A DNA stretch of 64,000 nucleotides from Nitrospirota bacterium (GCA_963741205.1 CAVUHW010000026.1:288001-352000); one strand, 5' to 3'. Counted from the stretch's first letter, positions 11,488 through 22,886 are shown. A program made the numbers and translations. Notes: a model not told the origin generated them from the letters alone.

Positions 11488-11964
11488 TTACTTCAAAGGT
11501 TTAGAAAGAACATAGTCCCTATCTTTCGCGCCTTCGTGGCAGGAGAGGCAATCCTTTTTAGGGTCCTTGTCGAGCATCTTGCCGTCCGCGCTGAAAGCAT
11601 ACCACTCCCACCCGCCCGTTTGCTGCATCTTGGAATTTTTCTTCATGACTGGGAAGAAGGCGCGCTTGCCCTCGTTCAAAATGCCTCCGCTCTCTACAAT
11701 TTCATAAACTGCGTCCACGATGACGGTTCCGTCAGGATATTTCCCGCCCTTTTCGAATGCTGCAAGCCCTTTACTATTCATGTAGAAGTGATGGATGCCA
11801 TGGAGCGGATGTTCCTTGTCGGTAACGATCAGGGAGCCGATATGCCGGTAAGTCTCCCAATCCTTGGGAAGTACCATGCCCTTTTGCGTCTCGGCCGATA
11901 CGGCGACGACGAGCGCACCTAAACTAAAATAGATTGCCGTGATGAAGATGAATAATTTTTTCAT
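11488..11964 (-). CDS. Cytochrome P460 / c'-beta family periplasmic monoheme protein
   Basis: Signal peptide, YPDGTVIV, VMKK, GGWEWYAF, single C-terminal CLSCH, DYV. Confidence 0.85.
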   Translation of the reverse strand: MKKLFIFITAIYFSLGALVVAVSAETQKGMVLPKDWETYRHIGSLIVTDKEHPLHGIHHFYMNSKGLAAFEKGGKYPDGTVIVDAVYEIVESGGILNEGKRAFFPVMKKNSKMQQTGGWEWYAFSADGKMLDKDPKKDCLSCHEGAKDRDYVLSKPLK

Positions 11965-12127
11965 AGTCTGCCTCCTTGATATTGGATTCCGTAAATCGCA
12001 GCGAATGAACCGCTGGCTGAGATATTGCCAAGTTTACCATCACATTCTGCATTGTTGTTGCGCTGTGTTCTTCGTCCGGTGCGAGGGCGTTGTATATTCA
12101 GGCGAAGCTTCGGCTGCCGCGGGAGCG

Positions 12128-12799
12128 TCAGAACCGGAATCCCGCCTTCAGGGCAACGGTCGTGCCGTCAAGGTCGACGGTCGTGCCGAGAACCTCGCTC
12201 TTCATCACGAAATACCTCCCTTCGAGCCCGACGACAAAGGCACCGAGATTGACGTCGACCCCCAGCCCGCCCTGATACCCGAGGTTTGCCTTGGTCGTCG
12301 AAGCCGATCCGACCTCGATCTTATTGAAATACAGGCCGCCTCCCAGCAGGACATACGGCTCGACTATGGCGATCGGTATGCCGAGCCTGAGGGACAGGTT
12401 CAGAGGGATCGAGTGGACCTTCGCGTTGGTAGAGAATAACTTCCCGTCCGTCGACATATATCCGAGGCCGAGCTCAGCGCCAATATAGGGATTGAACTTG
12501 CCGCCGTAGGCGATCTCCCAATAGGTGCCGGTGCCCGAGTCCTTGACATCCTTTTCTTTCAGCGACCATTCGCCGCCCTTGATGACGAAGTAGGAAGTCC
12601 TGTCATCCTTCTTCGGCGCGGCGGCCGGCGCTGCCGTTGCCGCCGCGGAAGCTGCAGGAGCGGCTGCGGACGTTCCGGTCATCGTCGAGGTCACCGCGGA
12701 CGCAGGAGCCGGAGCTGTTTCCTGGGACAGCGCGGGCGAAGCCGCGATCATGATCCCGCCGATGGACATCCCCATTATTGTCACTATCATTCTCTTCAT
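12128..12799 (-). CDS. Outer-membrane beta-barrel protein (OmpA/OmpW-like) with Ala/Pro/Thr-rich linker
   Basis: Signal peptide, amphipathic strands, PYVLLGGG, C-terminal GFRF. Confidence 0.85.
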   Translation of the reverse strand: MKRMIVTIMGMSIGGIMIAASPALSQETAPAPASAVTSTMTGTSAAAPAASAAATAAPAAAPKKDDRTSYFVIKGGEWSLKEKDVKDSGTGTYWEIAYGGKFNPYIGAELGLGYMSTDGKLFSTNAKVHSIPLNLSLRLGIPIAIVEPYVLLGGGLYFNKIEVGSASTTKANLGYQGGLGVDVNLGAFVVGLEGRYFVMKSEVLGTTVDLDGTTVALKAGFRF

Positions 12800-12937
12800 C
12801 GGGGTTCTCCTTTTTTCTCTCTCTATATCACGGTCTTCCGGTCGCATTGACGTTACCGGTCTTGTGGGCTTGGCTTTATCGGCTCCTACCTGATTTGTTT
12901 GCCGCGTGTGTTGTTGTTGTTGTGTGTGTGTGCGCGG

Positions 12938-14576
12938 TCACGTATTGCAGACGATATTGGCGAGTTCCTTCGAAAACGTTTCGATAGTTGACGGAATAGT
13001 CGATGGGGCATTCGACGAGGACCACGGTTTTGAGCGAGAAGGCCTTTCGCAGGACCTCCGACAGGTTATCGCCCTCCTTGACCTTCATGCCGACCGCACC
13101 GTAGCTCTCCGCGTATCTTACGAAATCCGGGTTCGTATACTCGAGCCCGAAGGCGGGATATCCCTTTGCCTGCTGCTCCCACTTGATGAACCCGTAGGCA
13201 TTGTCGTTCAGGACAAGGCAGACAAGGGGAGTATCGTACCTGAGCGCGGTCTCGAGCTCCCGCGAATTCATCATGAACCCGCCGTCCCCCACGACGGCGA
13301 GGACGTTCCGGTCGGGCTTGACCATCTTGGCCGCGATGGCCGCGGGAAGACCCGCGCCCATGGTCGCAAGGGCGTTGTCCAGGATGAACGTGTTCGGTTT
13401 GTAGGTCCGGTAGAGCCGGGAGAACCACAGCTTGTAGATCCCGTTGTCCAGCGTCAGGATGTCCTCGTGCGACATCACCTCGCGCACCCGCCATACGACC
13501 TCCTGCGGGCGTGGGGGGATACTGCTTCTTAAAATCCGAGGAAAGCTTCTTGTCCAGAAATTCCCGGATCGTTCCTGAAGGTCTCGCCCGTTCTTCCTGC
13601 CCGCGACCAACTCCCCGAGCTGCCGGAGCGAGCAGGAAACATCGCCGATGACCTCGATGTCGGGATCATAGTATTTATCGACGACCGCTTCGGAGAAATC
13701 AATGTTGATGATCTTCTTGTCGAGGTCCCTGTTCCAGACGTACGGGGGGTACTCGACGATGTTGTACCCGATCGTGATGATCACGTCCGCCTGGTCGATG
13801 CCGCAGTTGACGTAATCGCGCCGGTGCATGCCCGTCGCAAAGAGGCTGTATTCCGACGCGTCGCTCAGCACGCCCTTGCCCATCTGCGTGTGCACGGCGT
13901 AGATGCCGGTCTTTTCGATGAACTGCATCAGATGCCGGGTGATCAGGTTCCGGTTCGCGCCCGACGACAGGATGATGAGCGGGTTCTTCGCCTGGTTGAT
14001 CATCGAGGCCGCCCGCATGAGGGCCTTGGCGTCCGGCGCCGGCCTCCTGACGAGCCCCCGTTTCTGCACGCACGCATCGGTCTGGCATCCCGCAACGTCC
14101 TCGGGGAGCTCGATATGCACTGCGCCGGGACGCTCGGCCTGAGCGAGCTTGAAGGCGTTCCGGAGGACCGTCGGGATTTCGCCGGGGTCGACGATGGAGA
14201 CGGAGTTCTTGGTGATGGGCCGCATCAGGCTCACGACGTCGATAAGCTGGAACCGCGCCTGCCAGTTCGACCTGACCGCCTTCTGTCCCGAAATGGACAC
14301 GAGCGGCGCGCCGATGAGCTGCGCGTGCGCGACGCCGGTCACCAGGTTCGTCGCGCCGGGGCCGAGGGTCGAGAAGCACACCCCGGCCTTTCCCGTCAGC
14401 CTGCCGTACGTGGCAGCCATGAACGCCGCGGTCTGCTCGTGGCGCGTGATGACGACCTTGATCTTCGAGGTGCGCAGCGATTCAAGGAAATCGAGGTTCT
14501 CTTCCCCGGGCAGGCCGAAGATGTACTCTACCCCTTCTTCCTCAAGCTGCCTCACGAACAGGTCGGATGCCTTCAT
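12938..14576 (-). CDS. ThDP-dependent acetolactate-synthase-like enzyme; candidate 2-oxoglutarate decarboxylase (local frameshifts)
   Basis: FGLPGEENL, RHEQ, STLGPGATN, GDGGFMMN; removing one base near 12983 gives the C-terminus NYETFSKELANIVCNT* ending at 12938. Confidence 0.85.
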
Positions 14577-14708
14577 GCGGACTCCTCTATAATAAAACGA
14601 AGGAGGAAGGTGGACAGGTACGCAGGTCAGTCAAAGCTTCTCGCTTGGACGTGTTGACGTTACATTTTTTCGTCCCTCGTCACCTTCGTCTCTCATCCCT
14701 CGTGTTCC

Positions 14709-16211
14709 TTACTCCCTCACAACCACTGTCTTAACGTTCACGAACTCCTTCAGCCCGTAGTGCGACAGCTCCCTGCCGATGCCGGACTTCTTCACTCCGC
14801 CGAAGGGCAGCCGGGGATCGGACTTCACCATGTCGTTGATCGCGACGGTCCCGCTCTCGATCCGCGCGGCAAGCCGCTCGGCCCGCTCGATGTTCCTGCT
14901 CCAAACCGAAGCGCCAAGCCCGTATTCGGTGTTGTTCGCCGCCCTGACCGCCTCGTCCTCGTCCTTCACCACGATGATCGGCGCGATGGGGCCGAAGACC
15001 TCTTCGGTCAGGACCTTCATGTTCGGCTTGGTATTGATCACCATGCAGGGCGTGAAGAACAAACCCTTCGTGAAGGTCTGTCCCGCCGAGAGCACCCTGG
15101 CCCCTTTCGCCTTTGCGTCCCGCAGCTGTTCCTTCAAGCCATCGAGGATATCCTTCCGCGCCACGGTGCCGATGTCGGTGGTCTCGTCCATGGGATCGCC
15201 GAGCTTCATTTCCTTGAGCCGCGCCAGGAAATGCCTGACAAACTCGTCGGCCACGCTTTCCATGACGATGAATCGTTTTGCCGCGATGCAGCTCTGGCCG
15301 GTGTTGATCATGCGGGCATTAGCCGCCATACGGCCCGCCTTTTCCACGTCTGCGTCATCCAGAACGATGTACGGGTCGGAGCCGCCCAATTCGAGCACAA
15401 CCTTCTTGATCCTCCTGCCCGCATGGGCCCCGATCTCCTCGCCCGCCCGGTTGCTTCCGGTGAGCGACACGGCATCGACAAGGTCGTCATCGATGAGCCT
15501 CAGGGCTTCCGCAGCGTCGATCAGCGCCGTTTTGAACACGTTCTCCGGGAAACCTGCTTTGGTAAAGGCCTCCTCGATCGCCAGCGCCGTCTGCGGCACG
15601 TTCGACGCATGCTTCAGCAGCACAACATTCCCCGCTGTGACCGCGGGAACGCCGAACCGGAAGGCTTGCCAGAACGGGAAGTTCCAGGGCATGACCGCCA
15701 GCACGATGCCGAGGGGCTGGAACATGACATAGCTCTTCTTTGCCTCGGTCTTGATCTCCTCAGGCTTAAGGAACGAAACGGCGTTCCCGGCATAATAGTC
15801 CGCAAGCACCGCGCATTTTTCAACCTCGGCAAGCGCTTCCTTGATGGGTTTCCCCATCTCGCTCGTCATAAGCTCCGCATAGCGCCGCTTCTCGGCGCGC
15901 AGCACCTCCCCGAGCTTCGTGAGGAGAATCGCACGGCCCGCAACTGGCACGTCCCGCCACTTGACGAAAGCATCACGGGACTCTTTCACCTGCCCGTTCA
16001 GTTCCCACGTAGTCATGAGCGGAAACTTTTTCATCACCTCTTCGGTGAAGGGATTGATCGAATGCAGCTTCTTCGGCGTCTGCTGTGTTTTTGATATCGC
16101 AACAGTTGCCTTCATAATTTTCACCCCCTTTTTCGGGGACACAATATTTTTCGCCCTTGCTCGTTGTGTTCCTGCTTTCCTTTTCTCAACGCTTGTTTTC
16201 TTCGTTGACAT
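14709..16211 (-). CDS. gabD: NAD(P)-dependent succinate-semialdehyde dehydrogenase (GabD1/Sad type)
   Basis: PLGIVLAVMPWNFPFWQ, LELGGSDP, GQSCIAAKRF, FGGVKKSGIGREL; alternative start at 16115. Confidence 0.85.
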   Translation of the reverse strand: MSTKKTSVEKRKAGTQRARAKNIVSPKKGVKIMKATVAISKTQQTPKKLHSINPFTEEVMKKFPLMTTWELNGQVKESRDAFVKWRDVPVAGRAILLTKLGEVLRAEKRRYAELMTSEMGKPIKEALAEVEKCAVLADYYAGNAVSFLKPEEIKTEAKKSYVMFQPLGIVLAVMPWNFPFWQAFRFGVPAVTAGNVVLLKHASNVPQTALAIEEAFTKAGFPENVFKTALIDAAEALRLIDDDLVDAVSLTGSNRAGEEIGAHAGRRIKKVVLELGGSDPYIVLDDADVEKAGRMAANARMINTGQSCIAAKRFIVMESVADEFVRHFLARLKEMKLGDPMDETTDIGTVARKDILDGLKEQLRDAKAKGARVLSAGQTFTKGLFFTPCMVINTKPNMKVLTEEVFGPIAPIIVVKDEDEAVRAANNTEYGLGASVWSRNIERAERLAARIESGTVAINDMVKSDPRLPFGGVKKSGIGRELSHYGLKEFVNVKTVVVRE

Positions 16212-16341
16212 CCGTCGTCCTCCATGATTTCTAATCTCAGCGTTTAAAGCTCATGGACCGAAAGAAACCGAGCCTTAATTCCGCATCCGCTGCGCCCACG
16301 TTACGATGCCTGGCACGGTTGAATTCCGCACTCGCATCAGA

Positions 16342-17523
16342 TCACTTCCTCTGCCCGATCGGCTCATAGGCGCAGCCGGTCTTGCCGCAGTAATTGCCGA
16401 TATACTCCGACGACGGCCGGTAGAGGGCCGGCTTTTCCTGGGCGTCGCCGAACTTCTCCTCGATGATATGCGCGGTCCAGCCCGCGATCCGGGCCACGGC
16501 AAAGACCGGCGTCATGAGATCGTGCGGAATGCCCATCATATGGTAGACCGGCGCGCTGTAGAAATCGACGTTCGGCTTGATCGTGGTCTTGCCCCGTTTG
16601 ACGAACTCGGCCACGGCCGCCTCCTCGATCTGCGTTGACAGCCCGCACCACTGTTCCTGTCCCGTCTTCTTGCCGATCCTGAAGCACATGTCCTTCAGAA
16701 ACCGCGCCCTCGGGTCAGTCGTTTTATACACCGCGTGGCCCATACCCATGATCTTCTGGCCGCTGTCGAGCTGTTTCCTTACCCACCCGGCAACGTCCTT
16801 CTCGTGCTCCAGTTCCTGGAGCATCTTCATGACCTGCGCATTCGCCCCGCCGTGAAGGCTGCCGGAAAGTGCTCCCACGCCCGCCGCAACGCCGGCGTAC
16901 ATGTGCGCGCGCGTGGATACGACCTCGCGGCACGCGAAGGTGGACGCATTGAAGGAATGATCGGCGTGAAGCAGGAGCGCCGTATCGAGATCATGCGCGA
17001 TCTCCGCATCGGGATAGGTCCCCTTGAGAAGCCACAGAAAGTTTCCGGCATGGGACAGGTTTTCATCGGACGGCAGCGGCTCATGCCCCCTCCGCAGCCG
17101 GTCCCAGCCTGCCACGATCATGGGAATCCGCGCGATAAGCCTGATGGCCTTGGAGATGTTCGCCTCCCTTGTTTCCGACTGCAAATCGGGGTCGGCCGTG
17201 GCCAGGATCGGGATCGAGGCCTGGAGCACATCCATGGGATGGGATGTCTTCGGCAGTTTCCTGAGGCTGTCGAAAACGAACGACGGAAGCTCCCCCGCCT
17301 CGATCAGCTTGCGCTTGAAATCCTCGAGCTGCTCCTCGTTCGGCAGCGCGTCGTGAAGAAGCAGATAGGCCGTTTCCTCGAAGGTCGAGTTCCGCGCCAG
17401 GTCCTCGATGCGGTACCCGCGGTAAATAAGGATGCCGTTCTCGCCGTCCACGTGGGATATCTTCGTGTCCGCCACGGTCACGCCGCGAAGACCGATGTTC
17501 TTTACTTTCAAGGCCTCTGGCAT
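16342..17523 (-). CDS. gltA: Citrate synthase
   Basis: GLRGV, HADHSFNAST, GSLHGGAN, GMGHAVYK, PNVDFY. Confidence 0.92.
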   Translation of the reverse strand: MPEALKVKNIGLRGVTVADTKISHVDGENGILIYRGYRIEDLARNSTFEETAYLLLHDALPNEEQLEDFKRKLIEAGELPSFVFDSLRKLPKTSHPMDVLQASIPILATADPDLQSETREANISKAIRLIARIPMIVAGWDRLRRGHEPLPSDENLSHAGNFLWLLKGTYPDAEIAHDLDTALLLHADHSFNASTFACREVVSTRAHMYAGVAAGVGALSGSLHGGANAQVMKMLQELEHEKDVAGWVRKQLDSGQKIMGMGHAVYKTTDPRARFLKDMCFRIGKKTGQEQWCGLSTQIEEAAVAEFVKRGKTTIKPNVDFYSAPVYHMMGIPHDLMTPVFAVARIAGWTAHIIEEKFGDAQEKPALYRPSSEYIGNYCGKTGCAYEPIGQRK

Positions 17524-17717
17524 CGCAGCCTCCCTTTTGGCTCTTTTATGTTTGAGATCGCACCCATAGTGACGCCTTTCTTGAAGACCGGTCACGACCG
17601 CATGAGACCCTTCGCAAGGAAGGGCTTGAGGATGGATAAAGATTCTAAGAACCACTTAATCTTCCCTTAAGAGTCGTCTTACTTCGAGTTGGCATGCGGC
17701 TTAAAATTTCATAAGCT

Positions 17718-19663
17718 TCATGCCTTTACCAGCAGTTCCTCTTTCACAAAATTCAGCGTCCCGCCGGCCAGCAGATGTTTTCTCTGGCGGTCGGACACGT
17801 CCAGAATCGTCATGATCACCCTGCCGTCGACCTCCACGGGTATCTCCCGGTCCCCCCGTTCGATCCGCTTCCGCACATCGGGAAACACGACCTTCGTCCC
17901 TTTCTTCAGGAGGTCATAGTCCTTCGGGTCCTTGAAGGTAAGCGGGAGAATGCCGAAGTTGCAGAGATTGGACTTGTGGATGCGGGCAAAGCTCTTGACG
18001 ATCTTCGCGCGGACGCCCAGATACCGGGGAGCAAGCGCCGCATGTTCGCGGCTCGACCCCTGGCCGTAGTTCTCGCCGCCCACGACGACCACCGTGCCCC
18101 TCGCCTTGCACTCCTTCGCGAAATCGGGGTCGACCTGCGAGAACACGAACTCGGCCAATGCCTCGATATTGGAACGGAACGGCAGCACCCGGTTTCCCGC
18201 CGGCATGATCCCGTCGGTGGACATGTTGTCTCCCACCTTCAGCACCACCTCGGCCGCGAGCGTGTCGGGAAGCGCGTCGAGCTCGGGCAGCGGCTTGATG
18301 TTCGGCCCGCGCACGATCTCCGTCCCGGCAAGTTCTTCGGACGGGAAGAATGATAGACCTCTCATCGATCACATACTGTTTCGGGTCCTCGATTCGGGGA
18401 TACGCCATTTCCTTCGCAAGTTCGCGGGGATCGGTGATCACGCCTTTTAGCGCCGCCGCGGTCGCCGTCTCCGGCGAGCAGAGATAGACCTGGTCGTCCT
18501 TGGTGCCCGCTCCTGCCCGGGAAGTTCCGCGGGAAGGTGCGAAGGCTCACCTCGCCGGTGCCGGGCGCCTGGCCCATGCCGATGCAGCCCTGGCAGCCGG
18601 GTTCATGCACGCGCGCGCCCGAAGTCAAGAAAGCGAGGAGCCCGCCCGCCTGATACACATTTTCGAGCACCTGCCTGCTGCCGGGGTTCACGTGGAACGA
18701 CGTATTCGGGATGAACGCGCCTGCCTTCCAGCATCCTGGCCGAGACCATCAGGTCCCGGAAGGACGAGTTCACGCTGCTGCCCACGATGGCCTGGTCCAC
18801 TTTGATGCCGGCGATCTCGCGCACCGGCACCACGTTTCCGGGCGACGACGGCTTGGCGATCAGCGGCTCGAGCTTCGACAAGATCGATCTCGGCGTGTTC
18901 GTCATACTCTGCGCCCTCGTCGGCGGAGAGCGGGACCCAGGCATCGCCCCGGCCCTGGGCATCAGGTATTCCCGGGTGCGCTCGTCGGACGGAAAGATGG
19001 AGGTCGTGGCCCCGGTCTCGGTGCCCATGTTGCCGATGGTCTCCCGGTCCGTGGCGGACAGGGTCGGGACCCCCGGGCCGTAGTACTCGATGATCTTGCC
19101 CACGCAGCCCTTGACGTCGTAGCGGCGCAGCATTTCGAGGATCACGTCCTTGGCGCTCACCCAGTCGGGAAGTCTGCCCGTGAGCCTGACGCCGAGCACC
19201 TTGGGGCAGGGGAGATGATAGGGATAGCCGGCCATGGCCAGGGCCACGTCGAGACCGCCCGCGCCGATGCCGAGCATCGAGACGCCGGCGGCGCCGGGCG
19301 TATGGCTGTCCGCGCCGAAAAGGGTTTTGCCCGGAACGCCGAAGCGCTCCATGTGCACCTGGTGCGAAACTCCGTTGCCCGGCCTGCTGAAATGGAGGCC
19401 GTATCTGGACGCGGCGGTCTGGAGGAATTTGTGGTCGTCGGCGTTCTTGTTATCGGTCTGGAGAAGGTTGTGGTCCACGTACTGCGCCGCAAGTTCCGCC
19501 TTTACCCGGTGAGGCCCAGGGCCTCGAACTCGAGCATGGCGAGCGTGCCGGTCGCGTCCTGGAGCAGCGTGTGGTCGATCCGGATGCCGATCTCCCTGCC
19601 GGGTACGAGTTCACCCTCCACCAAGTGGGCTTCCAGTATCTTATAAGTAAGGTTTTTTTGCAT
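17718..19663 (-). CDS. acnA: Aconitate hydratase (several frameshifts)
   Basis: MQKNLTYKIL...QDATGT, GADSHT, GCQGCIGMGQAP, RNFPGRSG, NYGQGSSREHAA across consecutive frames. Confidence 0.9.
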
Positions 19664-20090
19664 GCTGTTCCCCGCCCCGGTCAGTAAATTATTTTTTAAT
19701 TTGGACTGAATTTATCCCTTTTAGAGGGGCCGATCTTCTGCATTTTCCTAATTCATTTTACCACAATTTGCCAGGCAAGGCGCGCCTCCGATAAACGGTA
19801 CGTTTGGGGAAAAAGAGGTTTTTCGCGCCTACCTTGGTCACGATGATTTATATCATTCAAGTTCTTTCTCTTAACACGGCATCCTGGAGTTTTGTTCTGA
19901 CTAAACCATTGAGTGACCCTGATCCGGTCAACTGGCAAGGAGTTAGAAGCTTAATTTCCCATGAGAATACATCAAGGATTGACCTGCTCGTTCAAAGTGA
20001 GCGGCTCAAAGTGAACATAATGCTGCGTTTAACCGTATTTTCAGTGTTATAACTAATTGTTTTCCTAAAGATAGTCATTCTGCAAATCTA

Positions 20091-20106
20091 TGGCATAAGC
20101 ATTGCT
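20091..20106 (+). promoter_or_regulatory. sigma54 (-24/-12) promoter
   Basis: TGGCATA-AGCA-TTGCT; IHF-like site (1 mismatch) at 20050..20062. Confidence 0.7.
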
Positions 20107-20262
20107 ATAAATAAAAGTGGAAGACTTTCGATATTCGTAAAAAAAATGATTTACCCAGGATAAGGAACACAAGGGGGTGTAATTCCCAGATTCTCATTCA
20201 TGAGATTTCACACCCGAGCCGGCATCAAGTCCGGCTCTTCCTCTCTCAAATGGAGGGTAGAA

Positions 20263-21538
20263 ATGAAAACATTCAAATCATATATGATAATCACCGCGGC
20301 GCTTACAGTATTGACCATGGGCCTCGCCCATTGCAGCAGCGGCGGTAATAGTGGGTCATCTTCTTCCGATAAAAACGGGGATGGCACTGCCAATACTCTC
20401 TCGGGCGTTGCCGCAGCGGGCGCGCCTGTTGCGTCCGCAACGATAACCCTGAAGGACAGGAAAGGTTCCCTGAAGACCAGCGTCACGGGAACAGACGGCA
20501 AATATTCGTTCGACATAACAGACATGACAGCGCCGTTTCTTCTCAAGGTCCCGTCGGGCACCGGTCGATCTTTACAGCGTGGCAACCTCATCAGGAACAG
20601 CCAATATCCACCCCTATACGGATCTCATCGTAAGGAACTGGTACGCGGTCAAGGGGAGCGATGTGGAGACGGTTTTCGACGAGCACGGGGGCACTTCCCT
20701 CGCCACCGACCGCGGCTGATATATCGACGATTGAGACCGCTGTAAAGAGCATCATGAAGACCTGGCTTCAGCAAGAAGGCCTTGATGAGTCGTCCTTCAA
20801 CCTTATCACCTCGTCCTTTGACGCTAACAGCGTCCGGGTTCGACAAAATCCTGGACATGACAATGGTTGAGATCGATGCTGCGGGCCAAGTAACTGTGGA
20901 AAGCTGCGACCCGGCAACCGGTCTTGACGGTACTATGGTTGCAACGAACATCACAAAACTGGCGGCAGCCGATACGGCTCCACCAAGTGATCCCGCCGGT
21001 CTTATAGCGACAGGAGCCGATAAAAACAAGATCGTCTTGCTGTGGAACGCCTCGACTGATGACATCGGCGTCGCGGGATACAATATTTACAGGGGTAATA
21101 CAAAGATCGGGAAGTCCCCTGCCCTGATTTATACGGATTCCGCAGGGCTTGAGCCCTGCACCGAGTACTGCTATCAGGTTGAGGCATTCGACGGGGCGGG
21201 GAATGTATCCGCCAATAAGAGCGGCCAGGCATGCGCCTTCGACCCTCGCGGAATTCGGACACAGCGCTCCCTCAACGCCTTCCAATCTGACCGCAACGGC
21301 CTAGCTACCTCGCAGATAAGCCTGTCGTGGACGGCATCTACGGATGATTTAAGCAACTGACGGTTACAAAGTATACCGGGACGGTAATAGGATCGAATCG
21401 GTAGCAATTCCTGCAACGAGCTTCGTTGATGATAAGAGGCTTTCCGCACATACCCAATATTGCTACACCGTGAAGGCCTTTGACGCAGCAGGGAACAATT
21501 CCCCGGACAGCAACCAGGTCTGTATAACGACGCCGTAG
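20263..21538 (+). CDS. Lipoprotein with carboxypeptidase-regulatory-like domain and two fibronectin type III repeats (frameshifted)
   Basis: Lipobox LAHC; GAPVASATITLKD; two FN3 units WxASTD...YCYxVxAFDxAGN. Confidence 0.75.
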
Positions 21539-21653
21539 GCTCCCGTCCGCTGCTTACTATTCAAGACATCCTCAGGAACGCCAAAGGGGATATTGAGTAT
21601 CTTCGAATCAATATCCCCTCTCTCGACAGCTGCCTCACGACAGTGTTCCGCCT

Positions 21654-22094
21654 TCACGCCGCTTTGCGAACTTCGCAAGTCCCCACAAGCGCCTTGGACA
21701 GGTCTGCCGTGTCATAGTAATTACGTAACCGTTTTATCTTGCCGTTCGCCAGCGTACATACCATCACCCAGTTGATAAAAAACTCGCATCCCGTGGTGCT
21801 CGCCATGCCGCGTGACGATCCTTCGACGATCACGTAGTCATTCTGGGCAGTATAATGTGCCGGCTTTATTTCGATTGGTTTAACCTTTGAAAAGGCTTCT
21901 TTGAAAAAACTGGAGACTTCCGCGCGGCCGTGTCTGGGCTTTGCCCATGATATGGCTTCGCTCATGGTATTCGTTACCGGCGACCACCAATCACAGTCAT
22001 CTGCCACGTAGTTCAACAGGGCCTCATAATCTCCCTTTTTACATGTTTCAAAGATGTCTTTCATGGTCTGTATATTTTTTTCCTGGAGTGTCAT
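21654..22094 (-). CDS. SnoaL/NTF2-like (ketosteroid isomerase-like) protein
   Basis: ADDCDWW, HGRAEV, NGKIKRLRNYYDT. Confidence 0.85.
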   Translation of the reverse strand: MTLQEKNIQTMKDIFETCKKGDYEALLNYVADDCDWWSPVTNTMSEAISWAKPRHGRAEVSSFFKEAFSKVKPIEIKPAHYTAQNDYVIVEGSSRGMASTTGCEFFINWVMVCTLANGKIKRLRNYYDTADLSKALVGTCEVRKAA

Positions 22095-22217
22095 GGCAAT
22101 TCTCCTTTCTTCTTATATTGCATCACGAAATAATGACCCTGTCAATCGGACCCAAGTCGCATCTTTTTTGATGGTAAGTAATATGTCGTACATAAATAAC
22201 AGGAAGGGAGTTGGGGC

Positions 22218-22361
22218 TCAGAAATCGATCCCCTTCTGGGGCTCGATATCCTTACGGAAGGCATGTTTGATCTCCCTCACTTCGCTGACCGTGTCCGCCC
22301 GTTCAATGATATCGGGATGGGCGTCCCTGCCGGTCAGGATGAGGTGCATCAGCGGAGGCTT
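22218..22361 (-). pseudogene. cobO: C-terminal remnant of cob(I)alamin adenosyltransferase (CobO/BtuR)
   Basis: Translates to KPPLMHLILTGRDAHPDIIERADTVSEVREIKHAFRKDIEPQKGIDF*; the N-terminal part is absent. Confidence 0.8.
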
Positions 22362-22472
22362 GGTGTATAGTTTGAGTTATTTCGCGCTTTCCGGATATTC
22401 CAGAACATCAGCTTTTTCCATACGTATGTTCGCCCTTCTCATGAACGTTGAACGACGTTATTGACATCCATT

Positions 22473-22886
22473 TTACGAAACCGGTTTTCCGCTGTTTCTC
22501 AGATGGGACAGGAAGGCCGCGATCCTGTATCTCCGATCGGCGAACCAGCGATAAGCCATGCGGGATAGTACCCCCGCTCCCGGCATTTTGAACAATGGCG
22601 CGAAAATGCGATAGCCTTTGAGGCGCGTGAAGATCTCGGGCAAGGCCTTTTCCCCCACAAGCACCGTGCCGTCACCAAGAACGAGGTGCATGGCGTTCAT
22701 GCACGCGGCCCGTTCCACCCCCGGGTACCGTGAGGCCATTGTTTCCGACTGGCACGGCAGCATTTCGAATGAACCGTCGACCTCATTCTCTCCGATCCAC
22801 TTGACCGTGCCTGAACATATCGGACAGCTCCCGTCGAAAATCAGCGTTGCCTTCAGCCCCTCTGTTTTTTCCTTACCCTGTTTCAT
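22473..22886 (-). CDS. DCC family (DUF393) thiol-disulfide oxidoreductase-like protein
   Basis: FDGSCPIC, AYRWFADRRY. Confidence 0.88.
   Translation of the reverse strand: MKQGKEKTEGLKATLIFDGSCPICSGTVKWIGENEVDGSFEMLPCQSETMASRYPGVERAACMNAMHLVLGDGTVLVGEKALPEIFTRLKGYRIFAPLFKMPGAGVLSRMAYRWFADRRYRIAAFLSHLRNSGKPVS

Noticed and set aside
3876-11964. A nitric oxide reductase or RuBisCO cluster
   Set aside because: No norB/norC or cbbL/cbbM in the window; the P460-family gene is 4.5 kb away on the opposite strand.
12906-12936. GTT/GT microsatellite giving a THTTTTTH tail on the ThDP enzyme
   Set aside because: The tail arises from a frameshift; the corrected frame stops at 12938, so the repeat is intergenic low-complexity DNA.
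14760-16094. Long antisense ORFs (also 24649..25806, 34843..36180, 38571..39737, 40362..41594)
   Set aside because: These are shadow ORFs opposite well-supported genes, expected from high GC3 codon bias; no motifs.
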